This document shows positions 47,301 through 62,700 of a stretch of 64,000 nucleotides of DNA, one piece after another. Under the pieces are notes generated by a model. That model was not told the DNA's origin. It made no database searches and was given only the letters and a program-made list of their open reading frames with translations. This DNA is from Octopus vulgaris (Eukaryota). Each line of letters opens with the position of its first letter. The first letter of the stretch is position 1. The position numbers and the translations under genes were made by a program. Location of the stretch: assembly GCA_951406725.2 (NCBI GenBank), contig OX597827.1:52514001-52578000 (forward strand), read 5' to 3'.

Positions 47301-50300
47301 TAATCGGATCAACTGGAACTCTCATTGTCATAGCTGACAGTGCCAGACAATACAACAGACTAACATAGAACTAAGTTTATTAGCTACTCTCACATGTAGA
47401 GTTTCAAGCTTAGTATTGACTGTATGGAGACAGAAATGTTTTGCATTTTAATTTTTTTCCCTTAAGCACTTTACTGTTTCTGAGATATAATGGTTAATTG
47501 ATCTTAGTGTGGTTTGAACAGAAATCGGATTTATGAAACTATTAATTGTACAATTTAGATCTACAGTTACCAGCATTAAGAACATCTGTGAGGAATTTCA
47601 TGCGTTATAGTGTTAACCTAGCGTAGGATATAGGAAGTCATTCTAGTATTCACTCACAGACTGGAGATTCTAAGAGGAAAAATAAAACAAACTTGAATTT
47701 GAGGAAACTTGTGATTGTCTGCATTGACAAAACACTGTTAATAAAATTTGAAAAGATTACTTTGTGTGTCATGAGAATTGAGTGCTTATGTTTTAAAGGG
47801 AATCCTTCTTTAAAGAACAAGGGAGATTCCAATAATTTTGATTAGCTATGACACGGAATTTGATCTTAAATAACTAATGATGTGTCTAACAACCATTCAC
47901 CATGCATAGGCATCTCCTATTAGGTCAGTATTGCACTATCATATGTAACTGACAATTCTGTTAGATGATACATGAAATTTGATTTAGGAAATAGTGATTT
48001 ATATACCAGTTAAGCTACAATTATAACAATTACTGTTGATGTTGATTTTTAAAGTGTTCAGTTGGTGATAAAACTGCTTACTGACACTTGCTCTCACTCA
48101 CTTACCCACAATTCTTATTCCAGGGATGATTTGTTTGCATATGCATAAGAGTAGTAGTTATACCATTTTATTTTTAGAATTCCGTTTAAGAAATACTTGG
48201 CAATACCTGTCTATGAGAAGGAGGCATAGTGGAGGGAAACTTATAATGTAGAAGACAACTTGGGAGTTTCTACAAAATAACCTGCTGCAAATCATAGATC
48301 AGATCTATGGATTCAACAAGGTTCCAGTTAGATGGAATGTAAAACTGATGATAATACTTCAGAGGATAAAGCTATAATAAATAGACTTGGAAAGAATGAT
48401 GGTTGGGTGGGGCAACAAATAATATCAGGTAGCTTGGAGAGAAGCTAGTTGTCAGGTGAACTAAACATAGAGAGGAGCAGAAAGATTTGCCAATGTTCTG
48501 CAATGAGAGGAGAATCAGAGATATGTGGTGTTCCAAGTTGTAAGGCTGTTTATCAATGTGAATCAGAATTTCATTGAAGAAAAGTGTGTATGGAATGTTA
48601 GCATTGTGTATATGCACCTCACTGGAAAGAGAGGGGCAACGCCATATAAACCCAGTAAAAATATTAGCTGATGCAATTGACAGCTGCATGGTCAGAAGGG
48701 CCATTAAGGGTTTGAAAGCAGAGAAAGCAGTTGCATCATTAGGAATAGTTGCTGAGATGCTGAAAATAACTGAAGTAGGACAGGCAGTTAGATAATACAG
48801 GGAGGTGTTTTCAGGCTATAAGTTCAAGGTTTGGTTTTCAGTCTCCTTTTTAATATAACTGAGGAATTTAAGACCAGCTGCCCATGAGCATATGCTTGTA
48901 TGCTGATGACCTACTTCTCATAGCCAAATCCGTTAAAGAATTAGACCAAAAATTCCAAGTGAGAAAGCAGTCTAGAATCAAGAAATTTAGAATTTAAGCT
49001 TAACCCTTTTTGATACCAACCTGCCTGAAACCACTGCTGGTTCTATGATGCAAACTGTCTGTTTTAAATCCTTTCAATAGAATTTCATACTAATTTATGT
49101 TCCAAATTTCGGCTTAATGGGGACAAAGTTATTTTAATATATTCTTTATTAGTTTCGATTGACAATGATTGTTTCAAAAGAAATATAGTAAGAAAAGGGT
49201 TAACAAAGACTGAAGTTTTAGTTTGCAAGAAAGACTACAAACTTTTTCTACCATCAAGAACATGGCTATTCTCAGTATGTATGTTGGAAATCTATACTGT
49301 GTGTCCAATGTAAATAATAAATGCACAAGGTATACATTGGGATCACAGGTAGGCTTGATAGAAGAAGGACCTTGAATGTAGCTGGTTCTCAAGAAGTAGT
49401 TTGTAGTATCACTGAAAAATATTAGGCAATGCCTGCTTATGACAAGGAAGAATAGAAGATGAGGTTTATAACATAGACAACTGGGAGTTTCTACAAAACA
49501 ACCTGATGCTAAACTATAGACCAGATTTGTAGATGGAGCAAGGTTACAAGGTTTTTTCTCTCCAAATAAAAAACTGCTGGTTTTGATGCTTGTCTGAATT
49601 GAGACTTTGCATGTTAGCAAAACATGGGCTTTGAATGCAGAAGATACATGAAGGTTGAAAAGAAACGAAGTATGTATCTGTGATGAACATGTAATATAGT
49701 GTTTGAAAGACAGAGCACAAATGAGTTGAGGTAAAACAAGGTATAAAAGGAATCCACTGTAGTGTGCAGGTGACTATGTTAGTACAGATGTGATGCACAT
49801 GAAAGATGATAGTTAAAGAAGTGAAAGGAACCTGAGTAAGAATACATGGGAAGTTGTTAACTCTGATCTTAAGATACTGAACCCCAGGAAAGAGGTGACA
49901 AGGAGCTGCAACACATAGTGAGAAGTGTACAGGAGACAACACATTTAAAGCCATGCAAACATGGAAAAAATAAATATAAAATACTGATGATGATGAATTA
50001 GCTTGAGAATTTTAGTTAGGTTATCAATATACATATTTAAAAAAAAAAAAAAAAGAAAACTCATTTATTTTGTTGTGCAATGACTTTTATTGCTATATAT
50101 TTTTAAAGATCTTATTGGTTTGGTTAAATTTTCCCTGGACCATGTGTTGTGCTATACATTAATCATATGTGGGCAATACAAAGAATCTTTTTTTTCTCCT
50201 TTGTATACATTGGCTAACATCTCTCAAAAGCAATTGCTTTTATAACTTGCTTTTAGCATGTCTTACAACTTGTACACAGTAGTCCTGGACTCATAGAATT

Positions 50301-51981
50301 ATAGAGCAAGTGAAATTTGTCCATAGAGCAGATTATCAGAAAGTTAAATACCTTCCTTATCAGATTATTCAGAGAGGCTCTGATAATTAGCTTTTCGAAT
50401 TTTAACACTATTGAGAATTAATTTTTAAAGACTTAAGAAAAAATAATGCTTTCTGTAGAAGGATGAGCCACTTCTGTTTGTGGTGTCATCTTACACTAGG
50501 GGTCTTATTTTTACTCTAGTCACATCCTCATTGATAGGTATTAATGAACATCATGTTTTCTTAGTTTACCTTGATCTCTTGTATGCTTAACATTCTACTC
50601 TTTTCACAACCATTTTCTTAACCATTAGCCCTGTGGTAGCAGTAACCAATGTTCTCTCTTCACCACAATTCTTTATGCACAACTATTTTATATAGCTGTG
50701 TGGACACAGCATTTGCTTTGTTACCATATGGCCTTCAGTTCTACCTCACTGCTCGGGCTGGCCAATATCTTGTGAGTGGAATTGCATCTGGTGGTGAAGC
50801 TCCAATTCAGAAAATTATGGAAGCTTATTGTGTGTGTGTGTATTTATATATGTGTATCTGTGCAGATGAATGTTTACATTCTATATCTTTTGCAGATGTG
50901 CAAAATAATATGGTTATATTTGTTGATATTTCTTACAAATCCTGTAGTTCTGTGCTTGACAGAAAAGGCATCCATCTGTGAATCAACAAGGCATCAGTAT
51001 ATAGTTGTACAACCTATTATAGCCTGGAAAAACACACACCCATGTATGTGTGTGTGTATATATGTATGTATAGGGTGGCTCAGAAGTCATGAAAGGGTTT
51101 CAATATTTAATATCTTGTTTATTTTGTTGAAAAATTGTGATATTTTAGTAGGTAAGTTACAGAGAAAGGATATAAGATTTATTTCCCCAAGTGTGAAAGA
51201 TGATATCTCTTAAAGGGCATCCATTTTCCAATTTGCATAAATGTGCTCTTTCTAAGGCGTTTTCTACAACAGTCCTTAACGTTTGTGGCTTCAGTGATCT
51301 AATTTCTGCTCTGTTATTTTTAAGATCTGCAATTGTTTGAGGCTTCTTGATATAAACTTTTCCCTTAAGATAGCTTCATAGAAAAAAGTTTGGAGTGGTT
51401 AGATCCGGAGAACGAGATGGCCCATTTATCTCTAGAAATGAACTAATTTTCTATCAAAAATTTGCCTGGTCATTTCTATTGTGTTCGTTGCAGTGTGAGC
51501 TGTGGCTCCATCCTGCTGAAACCACATGCCAGGCATATCTTGAACCACTGGATGTAAGAAATTCTGGATCATGGGGTGGTGTTCATCTCCAGTGACAGTA
51601 CAGTGCCTCCATCCTTATTTTTGAAGAAATAAGGTCCTGTCACTTTTTCTGAAGTCATCCTGCACCTATTCTTGGAAGGTCACCGACTGATCCTTGATCC
51701 TCAAAATGACTGATTGCCTGACCATTGATTCACTTGGACAATTCATTGCTCTATAATGATGATATGCTCGTTGAGGCCAAATTATTGATCCTTGGTTTTT
51801 GTAATAAAATTTCACAATGTGTTCGCTGTTCGGTATAGTGTACTTTTTCATGCCTAAATTTTAGGGTCTTTATATAAATCTGAAATATAATATAAAAATT
51901 AATTATTAAAAAAAAGCTATCAAATATTGAAACCCCTTTGTGACTTCTGGGGCACCCTGTGTGTGTGTGTGTGTACTTGTG

Positions 51982-52017
<36 letters not shown>

Positions 52018-55000
52018 AGATATATATATGCACACATATTCATATATACATGGTCTTATGTAATGGATGCATTTCCTATTAAATATTATACAGACCTGAA
52101 GCATATTTTTTAAATCATTTCAAAATAACAGTATTTGCTTTGACTTGATTATTATAACTTGCATGCATTCATACATCCATCTCTACATACATACATACAA
52201 AAATAAATACCCTGTTGTTGATGTTGAAATTCCAATGAAGGAGCCTTGGATCTAGGTTAGAAACTGGCACTTACTCTATTGACAAGAAATCTTGAAATAA
52301 AACTGAACAGTGACACACACACACACACACATACATACAAACAAACAAGGCATCCTTCTCAGAAGAAGTATCACTAGTTTTCTTAAATTTTACTGTCTTA
52401 CTTTGTTACAAGTTTATTACTATTAGCCTTCAGAGAGGGGAAGTGGGTTGATTCTTTATTGTATGAGGATCTCAAAATAGATGAGGCAACTTGATGTCAA
52501 TAATATTTGAGACAAGATATGGAATTATTTGTGGAAAAGGCTTAAGTCTGATGTTTTAACAATATCATTGAAGAAATGGCACTGAAATCTTCCCTTCTAC
52601 TTCAAAATTTCTTTTCTGAGTTATAATTTGTAATTTACTTTCTCTTTTTTCTAGGTCCAAGCATGAATATCCCATTGTGGGATATTACAGGATCTACTAT
52701 GATAACAAACAACTACATTAGGTTAACAAGTGACCATCAGAGCAAACAGGGTGGTATATGGAACAGTCAGGTGAGTGGAAAAGTATTTTCTGATTGTATT
52801 TTATAAACTAACTTTAAATGTCTAGTCTGTCAGCACTTCATACTTGAAAACTCCTGTCGTATAACTTATTTAGTAAAGTGCTTTTTGTAAGTAACTCATA
52901 TATTACATTGATTACACTTCTCCAAAGATTTCTCTGATGGAAAAAAAAAATGTATATTCAGTGTATAAGGTGATCAGAACATAATAACCTGAATAATTTT
53001 TTAGCAGCATTTTCTTTTTCATTTGCACCCTTTTCTTTTTTTATACGTTTTACACACTTTCCTTACTTGTGATACATGACCTTTATTAGTTTCTAACATG
53101 GTTTTTAATCCAACAAGCATATGGTGATAGTTTACTATCTGTGATAGATAAAAACTTCCATAAAAAATGTCAAACAGAAATACATTCTTTTGACACCAAT
53201 CAATGACATTTTTTTCAAACAAACCAAGTAGATATACAGACCATAACTTTGTATTCTGCAAGCAATTCCATCTTATTAACTTGAATTTATTACTTAACCT
53301 ATGTTGCAGGCATTACCATTATATTAGTCTGCAAATTATATATTAAGATAAAATATTAAATGTAACCAAAATAAACTGACTGAATTTTTAATGTATAATG
53401 TTTTTTAATGTAATTGTTAACTTATTGAATAGTATATTGTTTTCAAAAAATAAGTTCAGTACATGAAAGCAGGGCCCATAGCATAAGCTACTTTTGCTGC
53501 TGTACAAACCCTCAGATGAAGAGACTACCTTGAAATATCAAATTGTTGTTGTCCTCTTGATATATGAACTTATATTCAAACTCATTTTCCATGCTGGCAT
53601 GGGTTGGATGGTTTGACGTGACCTGGCCAAGCCAGGGGCTGCACCATGTTCCATAGTCCGTTTGGCTTGGTTTCAACAGCTGGATGCCTTCCCTAATGCC
53701 AACCACTCCACAGAGTGTACTGGATGCTTTTTACGTGATACCAGCACTTTTTACATGATACCAGCACCAGTTCATTTTACATGGCACCTTGGTTTTAGGA
53801 TCTCAGTTTTGTTATGGTGGGTGGGTCTTCTCAAATATAGCATTTTATAACTTTTGCTGAAGCTAACCACCACCAATATCTTTGGACTTTGTTTAATTTT
53901 TTAGTGTCGTCAGAAAATAAACTCCATGTGTTAAAACTGAAGTAAACAAAGCTTCTTAATTGTTTAAAAAAAATTATTTTTATCTTGCTGTCTTTGACTC
54001 AGTATATGCTATCATCTATAAAGTCATAATCTAGTTATCATTAAACAACATAGTATTAGTGTACTGATTAAACTTCAGAAAAATTTGTTTTTTAAAACCT
54101 TAAAACAAAAAGTTCTTTCAAGTTCTTTGAACTATGATCTTCATTTTTGCATATAAACTTTTTGTGGAATTTGTACTTTGCTGAGCAAATGAATAAATAA
54201 AACATGCTACTAGTTATTTGACCCAACAGTAATGGTTTTGTTGTTTATTCACTTTATCCCACATGACAAAAATCATTTCCACTAACAGAACTCATATATA
54301 ATGCTTCTGTTATCAACTGTTGTTTTAAAAAGATTTTGGTATAGAAACTACTCACTCCAGTAATGCAAAAGTAGATTAGTCATGAAAAATTGAGAGCTAT
54401 GTTTATTTCAATAAGGTTTTTCATGTAGGTGCAAAGCCAAAGAATTTGAAGTAAAGCATTATCTAGATGTTAACTCCATGACGATGGTTTTTTATCAGAC
54501 AACTAGGTTGCACTGATGGTAATTATCTCAACCGAGATCAGCAATTAGTGCATGACAACGGTTTGGCATATATTTATGTCATGCACTGTTTATTTATATA
54601 AACTGCCATCACTGTGAGGACTGTAAATTAAACGAAGGACCAGAAGAATTTGCTGAATGTGTATGAATTTGATAGGATGTCATAGTGGAAATGGTGTAAC
54701 TGCCAAATCTGCTGCTTTTATACTATTATGGTGATGATGTCTCAAACTGAGTTGGAAATATTTAGATGAAGAGTCTAACAAACCTATTAGATTATTTGAA
54801 ATTTGCATGGTGGCTTCTATTATCGATTCTGTGAGTGATAGCAGATATTTGTATCAACTGGTTCACAAGCAGGTGCAAAAACCATAGCAGATAGGGTTGC
54901 GTATATTTTTGTCATCTCATTCAAAGTGAGTACACAGTGCACGTAAATTTACTGATGTAACGGGGTTAAGTAACATATTGAATATAAGCTGGATTGGAAA

Positions 55001-56706
55001 TGTCTTTTTGTCTTGCAAATAAACAAGGAAACCATGATCAAACAAGGCTATAGAAGTTGCTTGTTTCTTTTTTTTCTTTTATAATGCCACTCGAAAGAAT
55101 TTAATGATTCAGTATGTGCCATGTGTGATATGGCACATACTGAAGAGCTAAAGCATTTCTAGTTAGGCTCAAAGTTCAGAAGGTCAGACCAGAACCGTTT
55201 TCAAATGGCCATAAGATAATATGCAAAATTCCTAATGAAATGGTTAAAACTGAAGTTCAGCTGTTTTTCCTCCCACATTTGATTCTTGTTTATCTTGAGC
55301 ACATTTCATTGACCTTAGAAGACAGGTTTTAGACTGTTTTTATGTTCTATGATTTGCCATAGAAATAAATTTCTAAATCTGTATCTGACATCAACCAATT
55401 TGTGTAAAAATTATTGCTTTAAAAATATTCTGTTTACTTGTTTTATGATTACTTTAAAATTTGTTTGTTTCCATTGCAGCCTGTCTTAGTTAGAAATTGG
55501 GAATTACATGTACAATTCAAAGTACACGGAGCCGGTCGAACACTTTATGGAGATGGTTTTAGCATATGGTACACCAGAGATCGCATGGAACTTGGTTAGT
55601 TTATATTTTGGATTATTTGAATTGACTGACGTCTATAGATTTAATGTTTACTTTTGGGGTTTTGATTAGGATCATGATGCTACATCACACATCTATTCAA
55701 CTCAAACCAGCATTGAAAACTATTAAAACGTTGATTACCAATGATGACATGTATTACTCAGCTTCTCTATATTTTTCTCTTTGTAAAACAGCCTTCTCAG
55801 AATTACTTTTTACTGTATTCTCTTTTTTCTTTCATTCTGATCTATATCAGAAAATATATCTATCTTTCTACTTTACATTGAGTTTGCTCTCTCATATTTG
55901 GAATGGGTAGAATAACAACTGTTTTCTTCCAAGCTTTATAATATTCTTGTTTTTGAGCTCTCATCATTTGATGGGCCTACTATAACTTTTTTTTTTTTTG
56001 AATCTCTCAACTATCATGTACTTGCAGATATTTTTAAACTGAATATTTAGTCTATTTTCATTACATATCCAAAGTTAATTTGGTCAGCTGTAGCTCTACT
56101 TGTGAAATACACCTAAAAGTCATTTTTAAGTATTAAATATAATTATTGATTATTTTACTGGTTTCATTCATTGGGCTATATTCATGTTAGAGTACCACTT
56201 TCAGAAGTATTGCTTATATTGACTGTGTTGTTTATTTTATTGGTCAATATTTTATTTGATGCAACACCTGTAGCCATACCTGTTAATATAAACACGAGCA
56301 TGGATGCACACATTCACACACATTATCTTTCTTTTTTGTCTGTATGTCCATCTTGTATTCAGAAACTTCAAAAGGAACACAAAACCACATCTATTTTACC
56401 ATTTTTAACTTGACAAGTTAGAAATAGTTGCCAAATCTCCCTCAAAACACACCCTGTTGTTTCTCAAGAAAGGAAATGTAGACAGACAGTTAAAATTGAG
56501 CAGTTACGTCAATCTTTCTTACTCCAGAATAATGGAATATAAAGAGATATAGAAACTAAGATACCCATGCAGATTGGGATATAGGAGAAGAGCAATCACA
56601 ATGATGGTAGTTGTAAATTTGTGTAACATCAGCTCTGGTTTTGTCTCTCTTTAATCTTTATATCTTTCCTTTCCTGTCTCTCTTTGACATAGTGGTGTAA
56701 AGAATG

Positions 56707-56747
<41 letters not shown>

Positions 56748-59700
56748 AGAGGGGGAAGTAGAGAAGAATATTGTTGATAGTGGTGGTGTGTTCATGTGAA
56801 GTGATATTCTGTTCTTTTTTCTTCACTCTCCTTAATATTTCTCTCTTTCTTCCTTTCCCTTTCTCTCCTTATCTCTGTATACTAGAATATAGAGATTGAG
56901 ACATATCAAGAGGAAGAAGTAATGGTGATAATGGAGGTAGTTTGAAGATTGTTTTTTTTTCTTAAGTGAATGCAGATTTTTTATCCCATTACATAAATTA
57001 TAAGTATTGGGAAAGCTTACAGATTTACATTCATAGCAACATTAAATAAAACACCATGCATTATGTAATATTGCTTTGTAAATTCCTGACAGTCAGTATT
57101 TAGAGTTATCCATCCGTCTATTGACATACGAGGTGGTATCAAAAGGTTCCCGGACTACTTATCTCTATATATATAAACGGCAAAATGTCTGTGTGTGTGT
57201 CCTTTATACAAATCCACAATTTTTCAGTTAGAGGGCTTGCACTTTATATGGTCATTCAAAACCATCCAAGGGTGGTCGTGCACATCTTTACATTTCCCCA
57301 GTCACCCCGTAAAGCCATTAAAAAATCAATAGAAGTGACTTTTTTGTGAATTTTATATCCAAAACCCAATCAAAATGCCCAAAACTTGATACGCCAATTG
57401 AATGCCAGTTAGCTGTATGTGATTGGTCGGAGATTTGGATAGTACTCGCATGTATGTGCGCACGCACGCACGCAGCTGTATATGCATGCACTAGCACTAG
57501 TGCTAGTTTTTAATAAAAAATAACTTAAGTTTTAACATCATCTCCTTCAAAATAATCACCTTGTGCAGGAATACACCTGTCCCAGCATTCCACTTTTGGA
57601 ATCCAGCCCAGAACTTATTTTCTGTAAGCGAGTTGAGAACTTTCTGCAATTCGCTCTTGAACTTTAAATTGGTGTTAAAACGATGACCTTTGAGCTGCAT
57701 TTTCATCTTGGGGAAGAGATGACAGTCTGTAGGTACTAAATCTGGTGAATAGGGCAAGTGTGGAAGCAATATTTTGTTGTTTTTGGCAAGAATCTCACTT
57801 CTCCATGTTCCACAGATCAGGTCTCTTTCACTGAATGTCCTCCCACAAACACTTCAGAATGTTGCAGTAGAACTCTCGATTGAAGGTTTGACCCTGGGGG
57901 ATGAATTCTCAATGCACAATACCACATTTCCATGGATGACACTCAAGGCAGGTCTTCTGGATCGCTCATCTTCTTCCAGGGATGTTGTTCTGCTTTTGAA
58001 GTGTCTGTGCTTTTTAAAACATTGCATATGACCCATTGCCTCATTGCTGTAAGCTTGTTGAAGCATGCTCAATGTCTCTGTAGCAGACCTCCCAAGTTTA
58101 ATGCAAAATTTCACATTGGCTCTTTGTCGACAGAATCACAAACTACAACATACACGTGATCACAAAAACACAAATTTCATTACTTGCGAAGAAAACACTG
58201 CGATGTTACTCAGCACACTGTGTCATGAAGGTCATTGGCAGCTCTCACTGCTCATGCAACTGCGTGCTGCCATTTGTTGGTACACTACAGAACTAGTCTG
58301 GGAACTTTTTGATACCACCTCGTATGTTTAAATAAGTTTTGCTGAAACAACAAACACACATAGAGGCACACATTATTGCAAACAACTTTTTGAGTGATGG
58401 TCTAAGAAACTTCAAAGTAGATTTACTAATTTAGTACTAGTTGGAATGTTTATGGATATCAGCTCATTCTGTAATTGATTTTTGTAACTATAAAAAAAAA
58501 AATTTTTTTTAAACCAAAAAAAAAAAACCCATACAATATACATAATACATACAGTTTGTAAAACAGTATTTTCTCATTTGATTATTGGACTGTTAAAAAT
58601 GTTACATAGATTTTTGTTTAGGGTTATTGACAGTCATATACTGAGAGGTGGTTTAGTATAGTGATTTCCACTTAGCAATCTGTGTGTGTATGTATATTCA
58701 CAATATATATAAGCATAGGCTTGGTTGTGTAGGTAAGAAGTTAACTTTGCAGCCACATGGTTTCAAGTTCAGTCCCACTGCATGGCCCTGGGCCAATCAA
58801 AGCCTTGTTAGTGGATCTGGTAGTCAGAAACTGAAAGAAGACCATCATAATGTGTTTGTTTACTCCTGCACTTACTTGTATGAAAGTGCTGTTGTCAGTT
58901 TATTCTGTAGATAGACCATCCAAATGCTTTTGAAGCTGTGTGGAATAAGTTATTGCTTACCTGAAAAATAGACAAGAGTTGCTGTCAGGAAGGGTGTTGG
59001 CTGTAAAACAAATAGCAACATTTGTTGTCTAACCCATGTAAAGATGGAAAAATGAATGTAAAACGAATGAAGAATGAATATGCATGTGTGTGCTCATATG
59101 CATTCATTCATTCATACATACATACACATATATATAATGTATGTCTAATCCAAGCTAGCATGGAAAAACTGACATAAAGTCTCCACATTAGTGGGTAGTG
59201 TTACTTTGATGCAAAGCCTTGTATATGTATCTATGTTCTGTCCTAAGGTCTAAACATTTCCAGATATTTCTATACACCTGCACAATGGGCTTCTGCACAC
59301 TTTCTATCTGGGAGAAGACACTTGACCAAGGTGTTGTGCAGTGGGATTAGACCTGAAACTACATAGTAGTGAGGTGGAATTTACTCTAACCCTTTGAAAT
59401 GAAATTGAAATAGTATTTTGCTAAATGTTTATCAATAGTTGACATAAATGTTTGACAGGTTTGTCAAATAACACACTTGAACCATAGATAAGGTGACATA
59501 GTTGACCTTGACTGGGCTGCAGTTAATTGCTACATTAAATATTTCAACTTTCCAAATAATAGCTTAAAATATGTATTTCATTGAAATTAGCATTTTATAT
59601 CTGTTACTATTTAGGTTGGCAATATTTATTGTTTTGTTAAGGCAGTGAGCTGGCAGGATTGTAAGCACAATGGGCAAAATGCTTAGCGGCATTTCATGTC

Positions 59701-62700
59701 TTTACATTCTGAGTTCAAATTCTGCCCAAGTCAATAAAAGAAGTACCAATTGCGTACTGGGTTCGATGTAATCGACTTACTCCTTTCCCTGAAGTTGCTG
59801 GTCTTGTGCCAAAATTTGAAATCAATCTTCATAATTTTGCTTGATATGAAAGAAGATTTTATGGGAAATATTAACATTCATTCCTTTACCTTTATATTAA
59901 ACCTTTTACAAGGCACAATTGTTGATAGGTTTCTGAAATACTAAGCAAAGATTAGTCATGAGAGCAATGCTAGTCTATTATTGGGTAATTTTCATAAATC
60001 TACCTGTTCCTCATCTAAATAAACTAAGGTGATATAGAATTGTTTCACATAGAGACCATGAAATATGTGAACTGACTAAGTTGGTAGTCTGAAACTAATT
60101 CACTCAGCTGTGTCACTTCTTTTTCATCTTCCTGCATTTTCCATCTTTTTCCATACTGGAAACTACATTTTCTATTATGTTCTTCCTTTAAGATGGTAAT
60201 AGATGATTTGAGTGAAAATTAGCTGTTATTTCTAGTAGGTTGCTCCCTAAAGGCTTGTCCATGAAGTGTTACCAGCTTAAATAGTTTGCACTAAATTGCT
60301 GGCCTGAATGATAGATAACTTAGACACTTGTGTGTATGCGTATATGAACTCTCACATATCACCTTTTGGCAGCAGCTGTATTAGCACCTACATGTTAATA
60401 GAAAGCTGGGATCAGGTGGTTTCTTATTAATAATGAAATGAATAAACTGAAAAGAAGTTACTTTCTATTTTATTTGTTTACTACATTTCATGAACAGCTG
60501 CAGCTGTTAGGGAAATAACATTTTATTATTGATTCTGCCCTACTCCCCTTCTCAAACTCAGTTTTAGCTGTTATAAAACTTTTAATATTTATCATATTGA
60601 AACTAATTCAATGTCTGCTGCTGTTGTAAACATTTTTATAGTTGAATGGGAGAGAGATTACATACTAAAGTGTAATGGAACTGTAATGCTTTTTTAAAAT
60701 TTGATCCTTGCACAACCCTATTTTAAATGGAACTTGCTGTTTTCTGATTGATTTTGAAAATATTCGGGAATTTAGAGAGATTTTGTAAAAGTAAAAATTT
60801 TTTTTAAACCAGTGTTTAGAACCATAGCTAAAAATTCTTAATTCAAAGTTATGATGAAAGTTCAAATTTAAGCATGAATTCTTTGAAACAGGAAGTTTTT
60901 GCATCATTGTATTAGGGGTGGTTCCAAGTGTATTGGTATTGGAGTTAAATACAATACAGTGTAATATAGTGGTTTGAGACAGTTTTATGTTTACATTTCT
61001 CAAGTGGGTGCCTCAAGGCTACAGCTTATTCTAACATTTCAGTTTTCACATTCATTGCTTGAGTTATTCCTTTTTTAAGAAGTTTGTATCATGAGTTGAG
61101 TACATTGTAATAGGAAGAGATGACCCTATCTAGAAAGACAGCATCTGTTCTAAAAACCTATATAAACAAAATATTGTGTTACACTTGTATTTAAGCCAAC
61201 CATATCCAGCTGAAAATTTTCTCTCTGTTTTATGTTCAAAGCGGCCAGATCTGGCCTTTCATACCTACCTAAGAATGTCATTGTAAAAATATACAATCAC
61301 ATCATTGAAATCTCAAAGCTACAAGATAATGCATGATTAATTGAAATCAATGTGAATAAATAAACATTACATTTGAGAGAATAATGTGAATGCTAAAGGG
61401 TTAAGCTTGAGCTTCAATATTTACAGCTGCTAGCTACTCTTATGTGATTATGAAAAAGCTGTAGCTGTCAAGACCCATATAAGATGCTATATTTATGGAG
61501 ACAATTCTGAAAAAAAAAAAGCCACCATCATTGTATGCACTGAAAACACTAGAAAACTGTTAACTTTTGTTTTAAATTTTATATCCTCTTGATGCAAGAT
61601 AAATTTATATATACATAGGTTTCAGTAGACTTACTGTATTTCGTCTTACTAATTATTTAATTATACCTCTAATTATTAGCTGTAGTACAAAATTATATTT
61701 CTAATAAGTAATAGAGTTACTTTAGTGTTATAAGTTGGCCATTATCATTAACCAATTTTAATTGTTTTAACCAATAAAAATTCATTTTGTTTTATATCAT
61801 TTTCTTTATTTAAAAAATCTTTTTTTTCTATCATCAATATCATTTATCAAATTATCATAATTTACAACTGTTACTGAATAAAACAAGATCCCACTTGCAT
61901 ATATTAGTATCTTAAATTGCAAAGTCATTTAGCTCGTTATACTATTTTTAACCCTTTGTGGGCCGGTGGGGACCCTTGGGACCTCAGCTAATCTTAAAAG
62001 TTACACAACTTTTACATTTTTTATTTAAATGATTTTATATCTCATGATTTTTGTCAATGGTTTATGTATGTACATACAAATTTTGAGTTTAAAATTTCCA
62101 ATCATGGATGTTATAGCACAAAATATGGTCGTTGGGGTCCGTCTGGATCCCATTAGCCTTCTGTGAAATTATTTTTTCTGTTCTTTTTTCAGATATTCTG
62201 ATGAACTATAGGTCAAAACTATAAAAAACGATTTCTTTCAATAAAGGTTTTTTCAATCAATAAATTATATTTTAATTTCCCTCCATTAAATGCTAATGAT
62301 TTATGAATAATGCTGAAATGCAGAAAAATAAAAGAGGGTCACTCAGGATCCCAATGGCCTTTTGTGTAATTTCAATATAGTAAAAATAGCATAAAAAAAG
62401 AGGCTAAAATAACTGGTAATGTTCTTGCTGACTCTATTTGGCCTATAGTTTTTAGCAGATGAGGCATTAAATTTTTAGTTTTAGATTAGATGCTCATCTA
62501 TTGCAGAAACATCTCTTGATAGCCTGCCATTTATATCTCTGATGTATTTCTGATTTGTGTCCACTATAATTTGGCTTTGTCTATGAATAGTACTGTCCCA
62601 ATATAATTATGTGTGTGTGTGTATACGGGACATTTTGTGTAAAGAGAACAGTTTCAATCATTTGAGAGCTTGTTTACAGCAAGTTTAGGACCAATCAGCT

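Noticed and set aside
52230-52275. CCAAUGA...stem...GAAACUGG in a LINE-tail-like repeat as a hammerhead
   Set aside because: The core has two deviations, there is no UH site or stem I, and the related copy at ~37110-37165 lacks the first box.
61948-62410. Possible piggyBac-like MITE beginning TTAACCCTTT with repeated GGGTC...GGATCCCA units
   Set aside because: The right TIR and TTAA site are not convincingly identifiable.
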